NCBI GenBank assembly: GCA_963798485.1
Contig: CAWCTR010000020.1
Location: 1-64,000, forward strand
DNA: 64,000 nt
From: an uncultured delta proteobacterium
GTDB taxonomy: Bacteria; Desulfobacterota; Desulfomonilia; UBA1062
Reading direction: 5' to 3'
The notes below the pieces were generated by a model, which was not told the origin of the DNA, ran no database searches, and saw nothing but the letters and a program-made list of their open reading frames with translations. The translations under genes and the position numbers were made by a program. This document shows positions 27,408 through 39,253 of the stretch, piece by piece; position 1 is the stretch's first letter, and each line of letters begins with the position of its first letter.

Positions 27408-30400
27408 ATGAGTGAAGAACTGAAGATTCTTATCGTGGAAGACATGCCCTCGGATGTGGAGCTCGTGGTGTACGAGCTTCGTAAGGCAGGCCTTTCATTC
27501 GTCTATAGAACGCTGGATACGCAAGACGCATATATGGAGGCCCTTACGGAGTTCGGCCCGGACATCATACTCTCCGACTACTCCATGCCCCGGTTCGACG
27601 GCATGAGTGCGCTCAAGATCCTGCGCGAGCGCAATGTTGATATCCCCTTCATCGTGGTGACGGGCTCGCTGAATGAAGAGACGGCAGTGGAGTGCATGAA
27701 GGCGGGCGCCACCGACTACCTCATCAAGGAGCACCTGCGCCGCCTGGGCCAGGCCGTCCTGACGGCCCTGGATATGTCCCTGATCAAAAAAGAAAAGGCC
27801 AAGACCGAACAGGCCCTGCACGAGAGTCTTGAGATCTACCGCATCATCACAGGATATATGACCGACGCCGTCTGGCTCACGGATTTGGACTTCAAGGTCA
27901 TATTCTGTACCCCTTCTCTCGAGCGTTCCCTGGGTTATACACTGGACGAGCTGAGGGCCATTCCGGCGAACCAACTCCTGGAAAGCACCTCCCTAAAGGC
28001 GATCTCGGACGAAATAGAAGATACCATTACCCGGATATTACGGGATTCATCGAAGGATCTGAGAAGATCCTTCGAGATCGAGGCCATAAGGAAAGACGGC
28101 TCAAAGTTCTGGTGCGACATATCCATAACCCTTGTGCGGGACACCAACGGCAGCCCTGTCCACTTCGTGTGCTCAGGCAGGGATGTTACAAAACGCAGAA
28201 AGGCGCAGCAGGCCCTTAAAGAGAGCGAAGAGAGGTACCGCACCCTGGTGGAGAATGCCACGGAGGCCATCGTTGTGGCCCAGGATTTCAAACTCAAATT
28301 CATCAACCCCAGCGCCATCAGGCTCACCGGGTATTCTGAAGAAGAATTGCTGTCCATGCCCTTTACCGAATGTATCCACCCCGATGACCGGGCAACAGTG
28401 GCCCAAAATTATGCGAGGCGCATGGCTGGTGATGAGGTGCCGCCCCATTATGATTTCAGGATGTTGCGCAAAGACGGCACAATACGGTGGGCCGAGATCA
28501 ATGCAGTACGCATAGTATGGAAAGGAGAACCTGCAACGCTGAATATCCTCACGGATGTCACCGAACGCAAGGCCATGACCGATGCCCTTCGCGACTACAC
28601 CGAGTTCCTGGAGGTCCTTATCGATACCATGCCCAACCCGATATTCTACAAGGACTCTGAAGGGAGATACCAGGGCTGCAACCTCGCCTTTGCCGACCTT
28701 ATCATGGGCATGCCCAAGGAAGGCATCATCGGGAAGACCGTTTTCGAGCTCGACCCTGCCATCCCCAAAGAGCACGCCCTTGAGTATCATCAAAAGGACC
28801 TCGATCTGATGAAGGGCGGCGGTTTCCAGATCTACGATGAGCAGGTAAAATGCTCCGACAAGGCGATGCACAGGTACGTGTTCTACAAGGCGGTGTATCG
28901 AAACGCCAAGGCCGAGCCGGCGGGCATCGTGGGCACCATGCTTGACATCACCGAGCGTGAACGCATGGAAAAGGACCTGCGCGAATCGCAATACCAGCTT
29001 TCCATTCGCAGCACCATTGCCGACATCTTCCTTATGCACCAGGGAGAGCGTATCTATGACGACATCCTGAAGGTGATCCTGGAAATAACCAGGAGCAGAC
29101 ACGGCTTTATCGGGTATCTCGATGAATCGGGCGACCTGGTGGCCCCAACGCTACTGGGCGAAGGGTGGGATGAATGCGAAATGCAGGACAAGCGCTACCG
29201 TTTCCCGGAAAATACCTGGGGAGACGCCGTGTGGGCAAAGGCCATCCGTGAAAAAAAGGAAATCATCTTGAACGATGAAGGTTCGGTTCCCCTCGGCCAT
29301 ATGCGCGTGAGAAACGCCCTGGCCATTCCGTTTATTTTCAATGACGTCCCAATCGGGGTCATCTGCGTAGCCAACCGCGAAGGGATGTATGACGAGACGG
29401 ACAAGGCCCTTATGGGCCGCATTGCAAACTACATAGCCCCTATCCTCGGGGCGCGGCTTGATCGCGACGAGCAGGAGAATAAGCGGATAATGGCTGAGAA
29501 GCAGATCTACCGCCTGGCCGCCGCGCTCGAACAGTCCCCCGAAGGCATATCCATGTGCGATCTCGAAGGCGCCATACTCTATACCAACCCTGCCTGGGCG
29601 GCCATGCACGGATATGATACGCGCGAGGCAATCGGAAAAAATATCAATATCTTCTATCCCGAGGACCAGGCACCTGGCCCCGGTACCTCCCTGCTTACCG
29701 GCATTGTGGAGAGAGAGGCTTACACCGAACGGGTCAACCACATCTGCAAGGACAAGACCATTCTGCCCACCCTCACGACCACTTTTCTCTTGAAGGATTC
29801 CCAGGAGGCCCCCATAGCCATCATCAGTTTCGCCCGCGATATCACCGATGAGCTCAAACTGCAATCACAACTGGCCCATGCCCAGAAGATGGAGGCCATA
29901 GGCCAGCTCGTAGGCGGGATCGCCCATGACTTCAATAATATGCTCACCCCAATCTTAGGCTACACAGAGCTCGCGCTGTCGGAACGCGATACAACCCCAA
30001 ATATAAGGGAACACTTCGAGCATATCCTCAAATCCGCTGAGAGGTCACGCGACCTTATCCGCCAGCTTCTGGCCTTCAGCCGGAAACAGATCCTCGAGCT
30101 CAAGGCCATCGACCTTGTGGAGACGGTTAAGGCCTTTCACTCCATACTCAGGCGGACCATCCGCGAGAATATCACTATCACCATTAGGTCAGACGCCTCA
30201 AAGGGCATTGTCATAGCCGACCCTGTGCAGATCAACCAGATCCTTTTAAACCTGGCGGTCAACGCACAGGATGCCATTACCGGGAGCGGGACCATCTCCA
30301 TCGAGGTGGATAACGCCCATCTCGATGATACCTGCTCAGACACCCACCCTGACCTGTCCCCGGGCGAATATGTCGTCATGTCTTTCAACGATACGGGCTG

Positions 30401-31016
30401 CGGCATGGACAGCGCCACCAGGGACCATATATTCGAGCCGTTCTTCACCACAAAAGAGCGGGGCAAGGGGACGGGTCTCGGCCTGTCGACCGTCTTCGGT
30501 ATCGTAAAACAGCACGGAGGCGCCATAACGGCATACAGCGAGCCCGGAATGGGCACGGCCTTCAAGATATACCTGCCTGTGGCGTCAGTTGAGATGAAAC
30601 CCGTGAAGAAGGCCCCATCAGGGAAGAAAAACCGCCTTACCGGCACAGAGACCATTGCCGTCATGGAAGACGACCCCATGGTAAGGAGTCTCACCTGCAG
30701 GGTCCTGAGTGTGAGCGGATACACCATACTCACCGGGGACACGGTGGAGCAGATCATCCGGGAGATTGAGGCATATAAGGGGCACATCCATCTGTTCCTT
30801 ACGGATGTCATACTCCCGGGCAAGAACGGCCATGAGCTCTACATGAGTCTGAAGACACAACACCCCGAGATGAAGGTTTTATACATGTCAGGGTATCCGG
30901 ACAACCTGATATCCTCACAGGGCATAATCAACCTGGGCCCGAATTTCATCCAGAAACCGTTCACCCTGCATGATCTCACCAGCAAAGTCAGGCATGTGCT
31001 GGATGGGGAAGGATAG
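27408..31016 (+). CDS. Hybrid histidine kinase REC-PAS-PAS-PAS-GAF-PAS-HisKA-HATPase-REC
   Basis: N-terminal receiver (ILIVED, LSDYSMP); [21 protein letters not shown]; [18 protein letters not shown]; C-terminal receiver ([12 protein letters not shown]). Confidence 0.93.
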   Translation: MSEELKILIVEDMPSDVELVVYELRKAGLSFVYRTLDTQDAYMEALTEFGPDIILSDYSMPRFDGMSALKILRERNVDIPFIVVTGSLNEETAVECMKAGATDYLIKEHLRRLGQAVLTALDMSLIKKEKAKTEQALHESLEIYRIITGYMTDAVWLTDLDFKVIFCTPSLERSLGYTLDELRAIPANQLLESTSLKAISDEIEDTITRILRDSSKDLRRSFEIEAIRKDGSKFWCDISITLVRDTNGSPVHFVCSGRDVTKRRKAQQALKESEERYRTLVENATEAIVVAQDFKLKFINPSAIRLTGYSEEELLSMPFTECIHPDDRATVAQNYARRMAGDEVPPHYDFRMLRKDGTIRWAEINAVRIVWKGEPATLNILTDVTERKAMTDALRDYTEFLEVLIDTMPNPIFYKDSEGRYQGCNLAFADLIMGMPKEGIIGKTVFELDPAIPKEHALEYHQKDLDLMKGGGFQIYDEQVKCSDKAMHRYVFYKAVYRNAKAEPAGIVGTMLDITERERMEKDLRESQYQLSIRSTIADIFLMHQGERIYDDILKVILEITRSRHGFIGYLDESGDLVAPTLLGEGWDECEMQDKRYRFPENTWGDAVWAKAIREKKEIILNDEGSVPLGHMRVRNALAIPFIFNDVPIGVICVANREGMYDETDKALMGRIANYIAPILGARLDRDEQENKRIMAEKQIYRLAAALEQSPEGISMCDLEGAILYTNPAWAAMHGYDTREAIGKNINIFYPEDQAPGPGTSLLTGIVEREAYTERVNHICKDKTILPTLTTTFLLKDSQEAPIAIISFARDITDELKLQSQLAHAQKMEAIGQLVGGIAHDFNNMLTPILGYTELALSERDTTPNIREHFEHILKSAERSRDLIRQLLAFSRKQILELKAIDLVETVKAFHSILRRTIRENITITIRSDASKGIVIADPVQINQILLNLAVNAQDAITGSGTISIEVDNAHLDDTCSDTHPDLSPGEYVVMSFNDTGCGMDSATRDHIFEPFFTTKERGKGTGLGLSTVFGIVKQHGGAITAYSEPGMGTAFKIYLPVASVEMKPVKKAPSGKKNRLTGTETIAVMEDDPMVRSLTCRVLSVSGYTILTGDTVEQIIREIEAYKGHIHLFLTDVILPGKNGHELYMSLKTQHPEMKVLYMSGYPDNLISSQGIINLGPNFIQKPFTLHDLTSKVRHVLDGEG

Positions 31017-31058
31017 GCATGGGAAGAGGACATGAATCGGCTTCATTCCATAGTTACC

Positions 31059-31169
31059 GGTCCCCCTCCTTGGTAAGGAGGAGACAGGGGAGATTTGTTT
31101 CTCAAGGGTTATGACACTTTAGGGAGTTTTCAAATCCCTCCTGTCCTCCCTTTTTCAAAGGGAGGGACC
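31059..31169. repeat. REP/REPIN-like inverted pair of ~39-bp palindromic units
   Basis: ggtccccctccttggtaaggaggagacaggggagatttg ... caaatccctcctgtcctccctttttcaaagggagggacc. Confidence 0.7.
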
Positions 31170-31315
31170 TGTATACACGATTCTACCGGCATTTTAGTAT
31201 AGTGAGGTAATTGCAGAACCCGAAAGAAGCTTTCACCCCCACGAAAACACGGGCCCAAAAGGTCTTGAAATGACTGGTTTCCGCTTTCGAGGGAATGAGA
31301 GGGGGGTGTTGAGAA

Positions 31316-33820
31316 TTGAACGGTGGGCGTGACGTCCGTGTGTTGTGGCGCATTGTGCTCTTGGGTCTGCTGACATCAGTCATCTTGATGACAGCAACGT
31401 CTCACGGCGGCCAAGACAGATGCTCCATGCGGACGCCTGACTCAAAGGCATTCCTTAAATCCCTGACTGCCGAAGAACGCGCCTGGCTGCGCGACCATCC
31501 CGTCATCCGCGTGGTCCAGGACCCGGGATGGCCCCCGGTGGAATTCACCAACGAGCGCGGTGAGCCGTCCGGCATGAGCAATGATTATTTGAGACTCGTC
31601 GAACAAAGGCTCGGCGTGAAGTTTGAGCAGGTGCGAAACCTGAGCTGGCAGGAGGCGTATGCCCGGCTGAAGCGCCGGGAGATCGACATGACCACCTCCG
31701 TGGCAGTGACGCCTGAACGCGCTGAATTCTGGGCCTTCACCAAGCCTTACATGAGGATCCCCATTGTCATCGCCACGAGACTAGATGTCACCTATATTGC
31801 AGACTTGCGGGAACTTGCAGGAAAGAAGGCCGCAGTGGCGGAGGGCTATGCGGTTGATGACTGGATACCCAGAGACTTTCCTAATATCCGGTTTGTCCGG
31901 GTCAAGACGACGCAGGAAGGACTCAAGACGCTGCAACGTGGCGAGGTCTTTGCCTACATCGATAATCTGCTCATCATAGGTCATTACCAGGCTAAGATGA
32001 AGGTGACGAATGTCAAGATCTCAGGGCAGACCCCGTATGTGAACGCCCAGTGCATGGCAGTTCGAAAAGACTGGGCGATCCTGGCCGGGATCCTTGACAA
32101 GGCCCTGGATTCGATTTCCGTAACGGAACGCAATGCCATTTACAGGAAATGGCTGCCCACCAGCTATGAACACGGGTTCAACTACACCCTGCTCTGGGAG
32201 GCTTTTGCCGTCTTCGCCGTGATCCTCCTGGGATTGATATTATGGATCAGGAGGCTTGCCAGTGAAATCAGGCATCGCAAAGAAGCGGAAGCGGCCTCAA
32301 GCGAGAATGCTCGGCGATTCCGCCGGTTCTTCGACGTCGCTGCGGTGCCCTTGTGCCTCATCGATAAGGACGGCGTCTTCAAGGACTTCAACGACCATTT
32401 CGTGAAGGCCTTCGGTTACACCAAGGATGACGCGCCGACCCTTGCCGGGTTGTTGCGGCTCGCCTATCCCGACCATGACTATCGGCGCTGGGTGGTCAAG
32501 ACCTGGGAAGCCGCAGTACACCGTGCGCAGGAAAACAATACCGACATCGAACCCATGGAATACCGGGTGACCTGCAAGAACGGAGAGATACGCACCCTGG
32601 TGATCACTGGGACCTACCTTGACGACGATCTCCTTGCCGCTTTCTTCGATATAACCGAGCGCAAGCAGGCAGAGGAGGCACGGGAGAACGCGTTACGCGA
32701 CTGGGAATACATTTTCTGTGCAATCGGACAACCGACATTGATACTCGATCCCCACTTCAGGATACTGGAGGCGAATAGTTCTGCATTTAGTGCAACCGGG
32801 CACTCAAGGCCGGAAATTATCGGCAAGATATGTTATGAGGTTTTCCATGGCACTGACCACCCACCCGATGATTGCCCTTTAAAAAGACTGACTGTCTCCG
32901 GCGTTTTTGAGACAACGGAAATGGAGGTGGAGGCGTTGGGTGGTGTATACCTTGTCTCATGCACGCCTGTATTCGATAATGCAGCTCACCTGGTAAAGGT
33001 TATCCATATCGCCATGGATATCACAGGACGCAAAAAGGCAGAGGAAGAGATCAGCAGGCTCAATGCCGAGCTGGAGCAGCGTGTCATAGAGCGCACCGCC
33101 CAGCTTGAGGCAGCCAACAAAGATCTGGATGCCTTCTCCTATTCTGTGTCCCACGACCTGCGGGCGCCGCTACGGACCGTGGACGGCTATACGCGTATAC
33201 TGATGGAGGGTTTCGGCCCTTCTCTTACAGCCGAGGGACAGCGCCTCTGCACCGCCATCAGCGACAGCGCCCATGCCATGGGAAAGCTCATCGACAACCT
33301 GCTGGCCTTTTCCCGTTTCGGCCGGGCCGCCATGAAACCTTCGCCCGTGGACATGGCGGCCCTGGCGAATTCCATCTTCCTTGAGTTGACAAGCCCCGGA
33401 CAGCGGGAGCGGATCGATTTCATTGTGGGCCCGATGCCCCGGATACAGGGAGACCCCATGCTGCTCCGCCAGGTCTGGATGAACCTGCTTGGCAACGCAG
33501 TCAAGTTTTCTTCAAAGAAAGAGCGGTCCGTCATCGCAGTGAGCGCCGGGCCACAGGGGAATGAGTTCGTCTATTCCATAAGGGACAACGGCGTGGGCTT
33601 CGACATGCGCTACGCGGACAAACTCTTCGGCGTATTCCGGTGCCTGCACAGCTCGAAAGAGTTCGAGGGCACAGGCGTGGGCCTGGCCATTGTCAGGCGC
33701 ATCATAGAACGCCACGGGGGCCGGGTATGGGCGGAAGGGGAGCCGGGTAAAAGGGCGGTGTTTTATTTTACCATTAACCCCATCCCCACTCCAACCCTCC
33801 CCTTGAAGGGGAGGGAGTAA
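31316..33820 (+). CDS. Membrane histidine kinase: periplasmic solute-binding domain - TM - PAS - PAS - HisKA - HATPase
   Basis: LTAEERAWLRDHPVIRV..DPGWPPVEF; TM LLWEAFAVFAVILLGLILW; FSYSVSHDLRAPL; NAVKF; EFEGTGVGLA. Confidence 0.92.
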   Translation: MNGGRDVRVLWRIVLLGLLTSVILMTATSHGGQDRCSMRTPDSKAFLKSLTAEERAWLRDHPVIRVVQDPGWPPVEFTNERGEPSGMSNDYLRLVEQRLGVKFEQVRNLSWQEAYARLKRREIDMTTSVAVTPERAEFWAFTKPYMRIPIVIATRLDVTYIADLRELAGKKAAVAEGYAVDDWIPRDFPNIRFVRVKTTQEGLKTLQRGEVFAYIDNLLIIGHYQAKMKVTNVKISGQTPYVNAQCMAVRKDWAILAGILDKALDSISVTERNAIYRKWLPTSYEHGFNYTLLWEAFAVFAVILLGLILWIRRLASEIRHRKEAEAASSENARRFRRFFDVAAVPLCLIDKDGVFKDFNDHFVKAFGYTKDDAPTLAGLLRLAYPDHDYRRWVVKTWEAAVHRAQENNTDIEPMEYRVTCKNGEIRTLVITGTYLDDDLLAAFFDITERKQAEEARENALRDWEYIFCAIGQPTLILDPHFRILEANSSAFSATGHSRPEIIGKICYEVFHGTDHPPDDCPLKRLTVSGVFETTEMEVEALGGVYLVSCTPVFDNAAHLVKVIHIAMDITGRKKAEEEISRLNAELEQRVIERTAQLEAANKDLDAFSYSVSHDLRAPLRTVDGYTRILMEGFGPSLTAEGQRLCTAISDSAHAMGKLIDNLLAFSRFGRAAMKPSPVDMAALANSIFLELTSPGQRERIDFIVGPMPRIQGDPMLLRQVWMNLLGNAVKFSSKKERSVIAVSAGPQGNEFVYSIRDNGVGFDMRYADKLFGVFRCLHSSKEFEGTGVGLAIVRRIIERHGGRVWAEGEPGKRAVFYFTINPIPTPTLPLKGRE

Positions 33821-33951
33821 ATAGCATGGTTTCCCCATGAAAGGTAGAGAGAAAAGGTCACGATCTCCCCTTGAAAGAGAGTAAACTATGTTCGATCTTT
33901 ACAATGTTTTCTTCCTCCCCCTTCAAGGGGGAGGTTAGGAGGGGGATGGAG
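33778..33951. repeat. REP/REPIN-like element: two inverted full units and two degenerate internal units
   Basis: ccccatccccactccaaccctccccttgaaggggagggag (33778) is inverted to cttcctcccccttcaagggggaggttaggagggggatggag (33911); internal units ttccccatgaaaggtagagag and ctccccttgaaagagag. Confidence 0.8.
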
Positions 33952-33985
33952 TAAGGGTAAAGGCGCTATGTTTTTTTCAATAGTA

Positions 33986-34049
33986 GCGTGAATCGTAAGA
34001 AAAGGATTCCGTATTTCACCCCTTACCAGATACGAGATACGCTTCACGC
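33986..34049. repeat. Second heptamer-palindrome repeat
   Basis: cttaccagatacgagatacgcttcacg is the near-exact reverse complement of cgtgatgcgtatctcgtatctggtaag at ~26573. Confidence 0.75.
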
Positions 34050-34064
34050 CTAAAAGACGCCTAA

Positions 34065-34090
34065 TAAATATCCCCCCATTATGCCGATAT
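34065..34090 (+). promoter_or_regulatory. Putative sigma28 promoter
   Basis: TAAA-N14-GCCGATAT ahead of aggagg and the ATG at 34141; spacer is 1 nt short of consensus. Confidence 0.5.
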
Positions 34091-34140
34091 GGATAGAGAC
34101 AAGTCTCGTAGACTGCGCACAGGAGGAAGAGCAACTACGC

Positions 34141-36522
34141 ATGGCCAAAGATAAGACACAAGGTCTTTCACGGAAACCGCCCGTGATACATGAAAAAGAC
34201 ACGGCCCATGCTTTAGCACGGCAACTGAACCATGCCCAGGCCCTGGCGAAGTTTTCTCACATCCTCCTGATGGATGAGAACCCTGCAGCGACCCTGGATA
34301 GGGCCCTTGAAGAACTCCTTGAGTCAAGTAGCGCCGATCGTATCTATATATTCCAGAATTTCATCGATCCGAATAAAGATCTCTGCACATGCATGACCCA
34401 TGAGGTGTGCGCCCCGGGTATCCACTCCGAGAGAGAAAACACCAGGCTGCAGCATGTGTCTTATGCGCTCAGCCATCCACGATGGGTGAAGATTCTTGGC
34501 GAAGGTTCACCCGTCAAGGGCCTGGTGCGTGACTTCCCCCCTGAGGAACAGAGACTGTTCGCCACGCAGAATATCGTATCCGTCCTGATACTGCCTTTGT
34601 ATATCCAGTGGCATTGGGACGGCTTCATCGGTTTTGACGATACACGTAACGAAAGAGAATGGGACGAAGAGGATGTCGCCTTACTGAAAACCGCCGCAGA
34701 TATGATCGGTTCTTACCTGATCAAAAAAGTGGCCCTTGAACAGTCCCAGAGATACCAGACCAGGTTGAATGCACAGCTGCCGGTGTCACATGCGGTCCTC
34801 CAGATGCCCACCTTCGAGGACGCGGTGAGTGATATCCTGAAACAGGTCCGGAAACTGACCGGTGCATATTCATGCATGCTCATCATGGAAGGGGAGACTC
34901 CCTCCAGCGATATAATGGTTATCGAGATACCCATATCGGACAGCACAATCGGGCGATCTTTTGGTCAGGACCTCTCACGGCTCAGGGATGAGTATGCCAA
35001 GAATTCCTCCCCTGTCTTCATATCGAGACTCGATCTGATACCGGCATCCGGGATGGGGCTTGAGGATGATGCCACCCTGGCCGCACCCATTATCATAAAC
35101 GGATATACCTCAGGGTTTCTGATCATTTCAGAAGGGCCCGAGGGGTTCTCGAATGAAGATGTGCAGACACTCGCCGCCTTTGCCGAGTTCGTCACTATAG
35201 CCCGGATGAACAGCCGGATGCTCAAATCATTAGATGCAAGCGAGAAAAAGTTTCGAATGGTCGCACAATCGGCGAATGACGCCATCATATCCACAGACAC
35301 CCAGGGACGGATAATCTTCTGGAACTCTATGGCCGAAGGGACCTTCGGATTTAAAGAGGGTGAAGCGCGGGATCTGAACATCGCGGCCATCATCCCTGAC
35401 CGGTTCCTGCAGGCCTTCCGCAACGAGATGAACAAGATCCTCCGGCAGGCACAAAAAGGCATTCTCCCCGAGTCTGATCATGTGGGGTTCACCGCAGATA
35501 TCATCGGCAGGAGAAAGATAGGCAGCGAGTTCCCCATGGAGGTATCCATCTCCACATGGGAATCGGAAGGCGAACAATATTTCACCTATATCATCCACGA
35601 TATAACCGAGAGGAAGCGGCTTGAAAATTCGCTCAAACAGGAAACCGAAGAACTGAAGGAAACTAAAGAAAAACTCACGGCCAAAAACCGCGAGCTGGAG
35701 AATGCGAATCTGGAGATCAAGACCACCCAGGCCCACATCCTTCAACAAGAGAAGATGGCCTCCATCGGGCAGCTTGCCGCGGGTGTAGCCCATGAGATCA
35801 ACAACCCCATGGGCTTTATCTCGAGCAATCTCGGCTCGCTCGATAAGTATGTTGACAAGATAAACGACTTCCTGGCGTTCCAGGACGATATCCTGAAGGA
35901 TATATGCACGGACGAACACATGACCCTGATGGGGGAGAAGAAGAAGACCCTCAAGGTTGACTATATCTTACAGGACATCAAAGACCTGGTGAGGGAATCT
36001 CAGGAGGGGGCACAAAGGGTTAAGAAGATCGTGGCCGACCTCAAGGGATTCTCCCGCGCAGACCAGTCCGAATTTAAACATGCCGATATCAACGAGTGCA
36101 TGGAAAGCACCATCAATCTCGTATGGAACGAGCTCAAGTACAAGACCCAGGTGATCCGCGACTATGGCACATTGCCCTTTACAAAATGCTATCCCCAGCA
36201 GCTCAACCAGGTCTTCATGAACCTGCTGGTAAATGCAGCCCATGCCATAGAGAAGCAGGGGATTATAACCGTAAGTTCAACCAGAAACGACGAATGCATC
36301 AGGGTCTCGGTGTCTGATACCGGATCGGGCATCCCCGAAGAGATACGCCGGCGGATCTTCGAGCCTTTCTTCACCACAAAAGAGGTGGGCAAAGGGACAG
36401 GGCTCGGGTTGAGCATAACCTACGACATAGTGAAAAAACATGGCGGTGATATCAGGGTGGAGAGCGAAGTCGGAAAAGGGACCACGTTCACCGTAAGCAT
36501 CCCAATCGTGGAGGAACGTTAA
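34141..36522 (+). CDS. GAF-GAF-PAS histidine kinase
   Basis: ADRIYIF...GFIGFDD GAF domain; SANDAII PAS domain; [20 protein letters not shown]; [16 protein letters not shown]. Confidence 0.92.
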   Translation: MAKDKTQGLSRKPPVIHEKDTAHALARQLNHAQALAKFSHILLMDENPAATLDRALEELLESSSADRIYIFQNFIDPNKDLCTCMTHEVCAPGIHSERENTRLQHVSYALSHPRWVKILGEGSPVKGLVRDFPPEEQRLFATQNIVSVLILPLYIQWHWDGFIGFDDTRNEREWDEEDVALLKTAADMIGSYLIKKVALEQSQRYQTRLNAQLPVSHAVLQMPTFEDAVSDILKQVRKLTGAYSCMLIMEGETPSSDIMVIEIPISDSTIGRSFGQDLSRLRDEYAKNSSPVFISRLDLIPASGMGLEDDATLAAPIIINGYTSGFLIISEGPEGFSNEDVQTLAAFAEFVTIARMNSRMLKSLDASEKKFRMVAQSANDAIISTDTQGRIIFWNSMAEGTFGFKEGEARDLNIAAIIPDRFLQAFRNEMNKILRQAQKGILPESDHVGFTADIIGRRKIGSEFPMEVSISTWESEGEQYFTYIIHDITERKRLENSLKQETEELKETKEKLTAKNRELENANLEIKTTQAHILQQEKMASIGQLAAGVAHEINNPMGFISSNLGSLDKYVDKINDFLAFQDDILKDICTDEHMTLMGEKKKTLKVDYILQDIKDLVRESQEGAQRVKKIVADLKGFSRADQSEFKHADINECMESTINLVWNELKYKTQVIRDYGTLPFTKCYPQQLNQVFMNLLVNAAHAIEKQGIITVSSTRNDECIRVSVSDTGSGIPEEIRRRIFEPFFTTKEVGKGTGLGLSITYDIVKKHGGDIRVESEVGKGTTFTVSIPIVEER

Positions 36523-36523
36523 T

Positions 36524-37333
36524 ATGGATGATCATATCCGGATCTTGTGTGTCGATGATGAGGCATCGATCCTGAAGGCCCTGGCTAGGATGTTCATGGA
36601 CTCGTCATACGAGATCCTGACCGCAGACACCGCAGAAGAAGGGTTGAGAGTGCTTGAGAAGACTTATCCCATACAGGTCGTTGTGTCCGACTACCGGATG
36701 CCGGGCATGAACGGGGTTGATTTCCTGCGGGAGGTCTGCAAACAATGGCCCGATACCGTACGGATAGTGCTCTCGGGCTATGCCGATACGGCCAGCGTGG
36801 TGGCGGCAATCAATGAAGGCGAGATCTACAAGTTCATCCCCAAGCCATGGAACGACGACGAGCTCAAGGTAACCATTTCAAACGCTGTCGAACGGTATAT
36901 GCTCCACCAGAGCAACAAGGAGCTTACCAAAAGGCTCTCCGATGCGAATGAAGAACTAAGCCTGATCAACAATAACCTGGAGATGATCGTCAAGGAACGC
37001 ACCGATGAACTCCTGTTCCAGAACTCGGCGCTGCGCAGGTCCCAGAATATCCTCAACTTCCTGCCTTTTGCCGTCATGGGGCTTGACCTTGACGGGACCA
37101 TGGTACTGACCAATAAGAAAAGCAGGGAACTGTTCAGTGAAGCCACCCTCGGGAACGGATTGTCGCATGTATTCCACGACCGGGCAGAGGGCCTTTTGGC
37201 CGATGTGGTCCGGAATGGAGCCATGACCGCACCCTTGACATATAACGGCGCCACGTTGAGGGTCAACGGCATCATGATGTCCGAAGATGAAGGCCAGCAA
37301 GGTATTGTCATGGTTTTCCAAGAGGAGAAATGA
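36524..37333 (+). CDS. Response regulator with coiled coil and degenerate PAS-like C-terminus
   Basis: LCVDDE, VSDYRMPGMNG and FIPKPW motifs; ILNFLPFAVMGLDLDG PAS-like start. Confidence 0.88.
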   Translation: MDDHIRILCVDDEASILKALARMFMDSSYEILTADTAEEGLRVLEKTYPIQVVVSDYRMPGMNGVDFLREVCKQWPDTVRIVLSGYADTASVVAAINEGEIYKFIPKPWNDDELKVTISNAVERYMLHQSNKELTKRLSDANEELSLINNNLEMIVKERTDELLFQNSALRRSQNILNFLPFAVMGLDLDGTMVLTNKKSRELFSEATLGNGLSHVFHDRAEGLLADVVRNGAMTAPLTYNGATLRVNGIMMSEDEGQQGIVMVFQEEK

Positions 37334-37334
37334 T

Positions 37335-38309
37335 ATGCGCTCCCTCCTTTTTGTAGATGACGAGCAACATATCCTTTCTTCCCTGGAGAGATTATTCTCG
37401 TGCCTGGATTACACGGCTTTTTATTGCAACAATCCGCGCGATGCCCTCGACCTGCTGAGGCATGAAGAGGTTTCCGTCATGGTCTCGGACAATTGCATGC
37501 CCGGCATGACGGGCATCGAGCTGATGTCCAAGGCCCGGTCGGTCTCGCCGGATACGGTGAAAATTCTCATGACCGCTCATGCCGATATGGAAACCGCCAT
37601 CGAGGCCATTAACCTCTGCGAGGTATTCCGTTTCGTTACCAAGCCCTGGGATAACGATGAACTGGTTTCCGTGGTGGAACAAGGCGTCAACAGGTACAAC
37701 ATCATCCAGTCCATGAGAAGTCCGGAGGAGGCGAACCTCCTCTCGCTTGCCCAGACCATTGAACTCAAAGATCCCTACACCAAGGGCCATTGCGACAGGG
37801 TGGCCGGATATGCCTTGATCATAGCAGACTCTCTGGGGCTATCTGCCCGGCAAAAAAGCGATATCCGTCACGGCAGTTGGCTGCACGATTGCGGAAAAAT
37901 CGGGATACCCGAGTCGACCCTAAATAAGCCCGGGAAACTAACCGATGAAGAGATGGCCATCATCCGGAAACACCCTGACTGGGGCGCCGAGGTGGCGCGC
38001 CTTGCCAACAGATCACCGGCCATTGTCAACATCATACGTTACCACCACGAGGCATATGACGGCACCGGCTACCCGACAGGGATTCATGGAGACGATATCC
38101 CCCTGGAGGCCCGCATAGTAACCGTGGCCGATGTGTTTGACGCGCTGACCAGCACCAGGCCCTACCGCAAAGCCTACGGCCTCGAAGAGGCGCTGAACGT
38201 TATGGAAGGTATGCGCGGAAAGGTCCTTGACCCCGGTCTCTTCGACCTCTTCCTGAAAAGTCCGGCGGCAATGCCTGCTGCTGATACGGCCATAAGGATG
38301 GCTAAATGA
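37335..38309 (+). CDS. Response regulator - HD-GYP cyclic di-GMP phosphodiesterase
   Basis: ELKDPYTKGHCDRV, LHDCGKIG, HHEAYDGTGYP and ADVFDALTSTRPYR: canonical motif set. Confidence 0.93.
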   Translation: MRSLLFVDDEQHILSSLERLFSCLDYTAFYCNNPRDALDLLRHEEVSVMVSDNCMPGMTGIELMSKARSVSPDTVKILMTAHADMETAIEAINLCEVFRFVTKPWDNDELVSVVEQGVNRYNIIQSMRSPEEANLLSLAQTIELKDPYTKGHCDRVAGYALIIADSLGLSARQKSDIRHGSWLHDCGKIGIPESTLNKPGKLTDEEMAIIRKHPDWGAEVARLANRSPAIVNIIRYHHEAYDGTGYPTGIHGDDIPLEARIVTVADVFDALTSTRPYRKAYGLEEALNVMEGMRGKVLDPGLFDLFLKSPAAMPAADTAIRMAK

Positions 38310-38318
38310 TCGCGTACG

Positions 38319-39197
38319 ATGACAGGGAAGACAAGAATGGAGGAAAGATTGGAGCTCGATGAGCTGCTGAAAAAACTCGACAAAATATCGGGCATACCCA
38401 CCCTGCCCTCTGTCGCCCTCCATGTAAACGAGCTGCTGAGCGACCCTAAGGCACCTGTCCAGAAGCTTGGCGAGATCATCATCAAAGACCAGGCAATGAC
38501 CTCGAACATTCTCAGACTTGTAAACTCTGCCTTCTACGGGTTTCAGGGCAAGATAGAGAGCATACAGCGCGCCATCATGGTCCTTGGAGTCGAGACGGTC
38601 AGGAACTCGGTGCTTGCCGTATCGGTGATCCAGAGTTTTCCCAAGGGATCGAATCTTGAATGGTTCGACATGCCTGCACTGTGGAGGCATTCCATCGCCG
38701 TTGCCGTCACCTGCCGTCACCTTTCCAAGAGAGTGCCTCTGGAGCAGCCTGACAACTGCTTCTTAGGCGGGCTTGTGCACGACCTGGGCAAGGTGATCAT
38801 AGTCCAGCATCTGGCAAAAGAGTATGCCGAGGCCCTCGACCTTATCAAAACCGGCGTGACCTTCCACGATGCCGAAGTAATAACCGCCCGGCCCGGCCAC
38901 GACGCCATCGGGGGAGCCCTGGCACAGAAGTGGCGGTTCCCTCCCCGGATCATTGAGGCCATCAAATATCATCATGAGCCGAACAAGAATCAACAACAGG
39001 ACGGACTCAGCCTCATGGTTCATGGCGCCGACACCATAGTGAACGCCTTGATGGCAATAACCCCCACTACACCCACGATAACCGCAAGCCCCCATGATTA
39101 CCTCGACGCCTGGCTTGAAGCCATTGCAGACGCCCCGAAATGGTTTAAAGAGATACTGCCCGAGATCGAGGCAGCCTGGACGTTTTATAATATCTGA
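38319..39197 (+). CDS. HDOD domain protein
   Basis: IPTLPSV, DQAMTSNILRLVNSAFYG, LWRHSIAVA, GLVHDLGK, KWRFP and YHHEP motifs. Confidence 0.92.
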   Translation: MTGKTRMEERLELDELLKKLDKISGIPTLPSVALHVNELLSDPKAPVQKLGEIIIKDQAMTSNILRLVNSAFYGFQGKIESIQRAIMVLGVETVRNSVLAVSVIQSFPKGSNLEWFDMPALWRHSIAVAVTCRHLSKRVPLEQPDNCFLGGLVHDLGKVIIVQHLAKEYAEALDLIKTGVTFHDAEVITARPGHDAIGGALAQKWRFPPRIIEAIKYHHEPNKNQQQDGLSLMVHGADTIVNALMAITPTTPTITASPHDYLDAWLEAIADAPKWFKEILPEIEAAWTFYNI

Positions 39198-39253
39198 ACA
39201 CGGGTGACATCTCGGGTATCTAAACGAGATGAAGGGTAAGACACCACTTATAA

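Noticed and set aside
27495-38720. Many long antisense ORFs (e.g. 28173-29102, 29151-29864, 35230-35919)
   Set aside because: Shadow frames of GC3-rich kinase genes with no domain signal.
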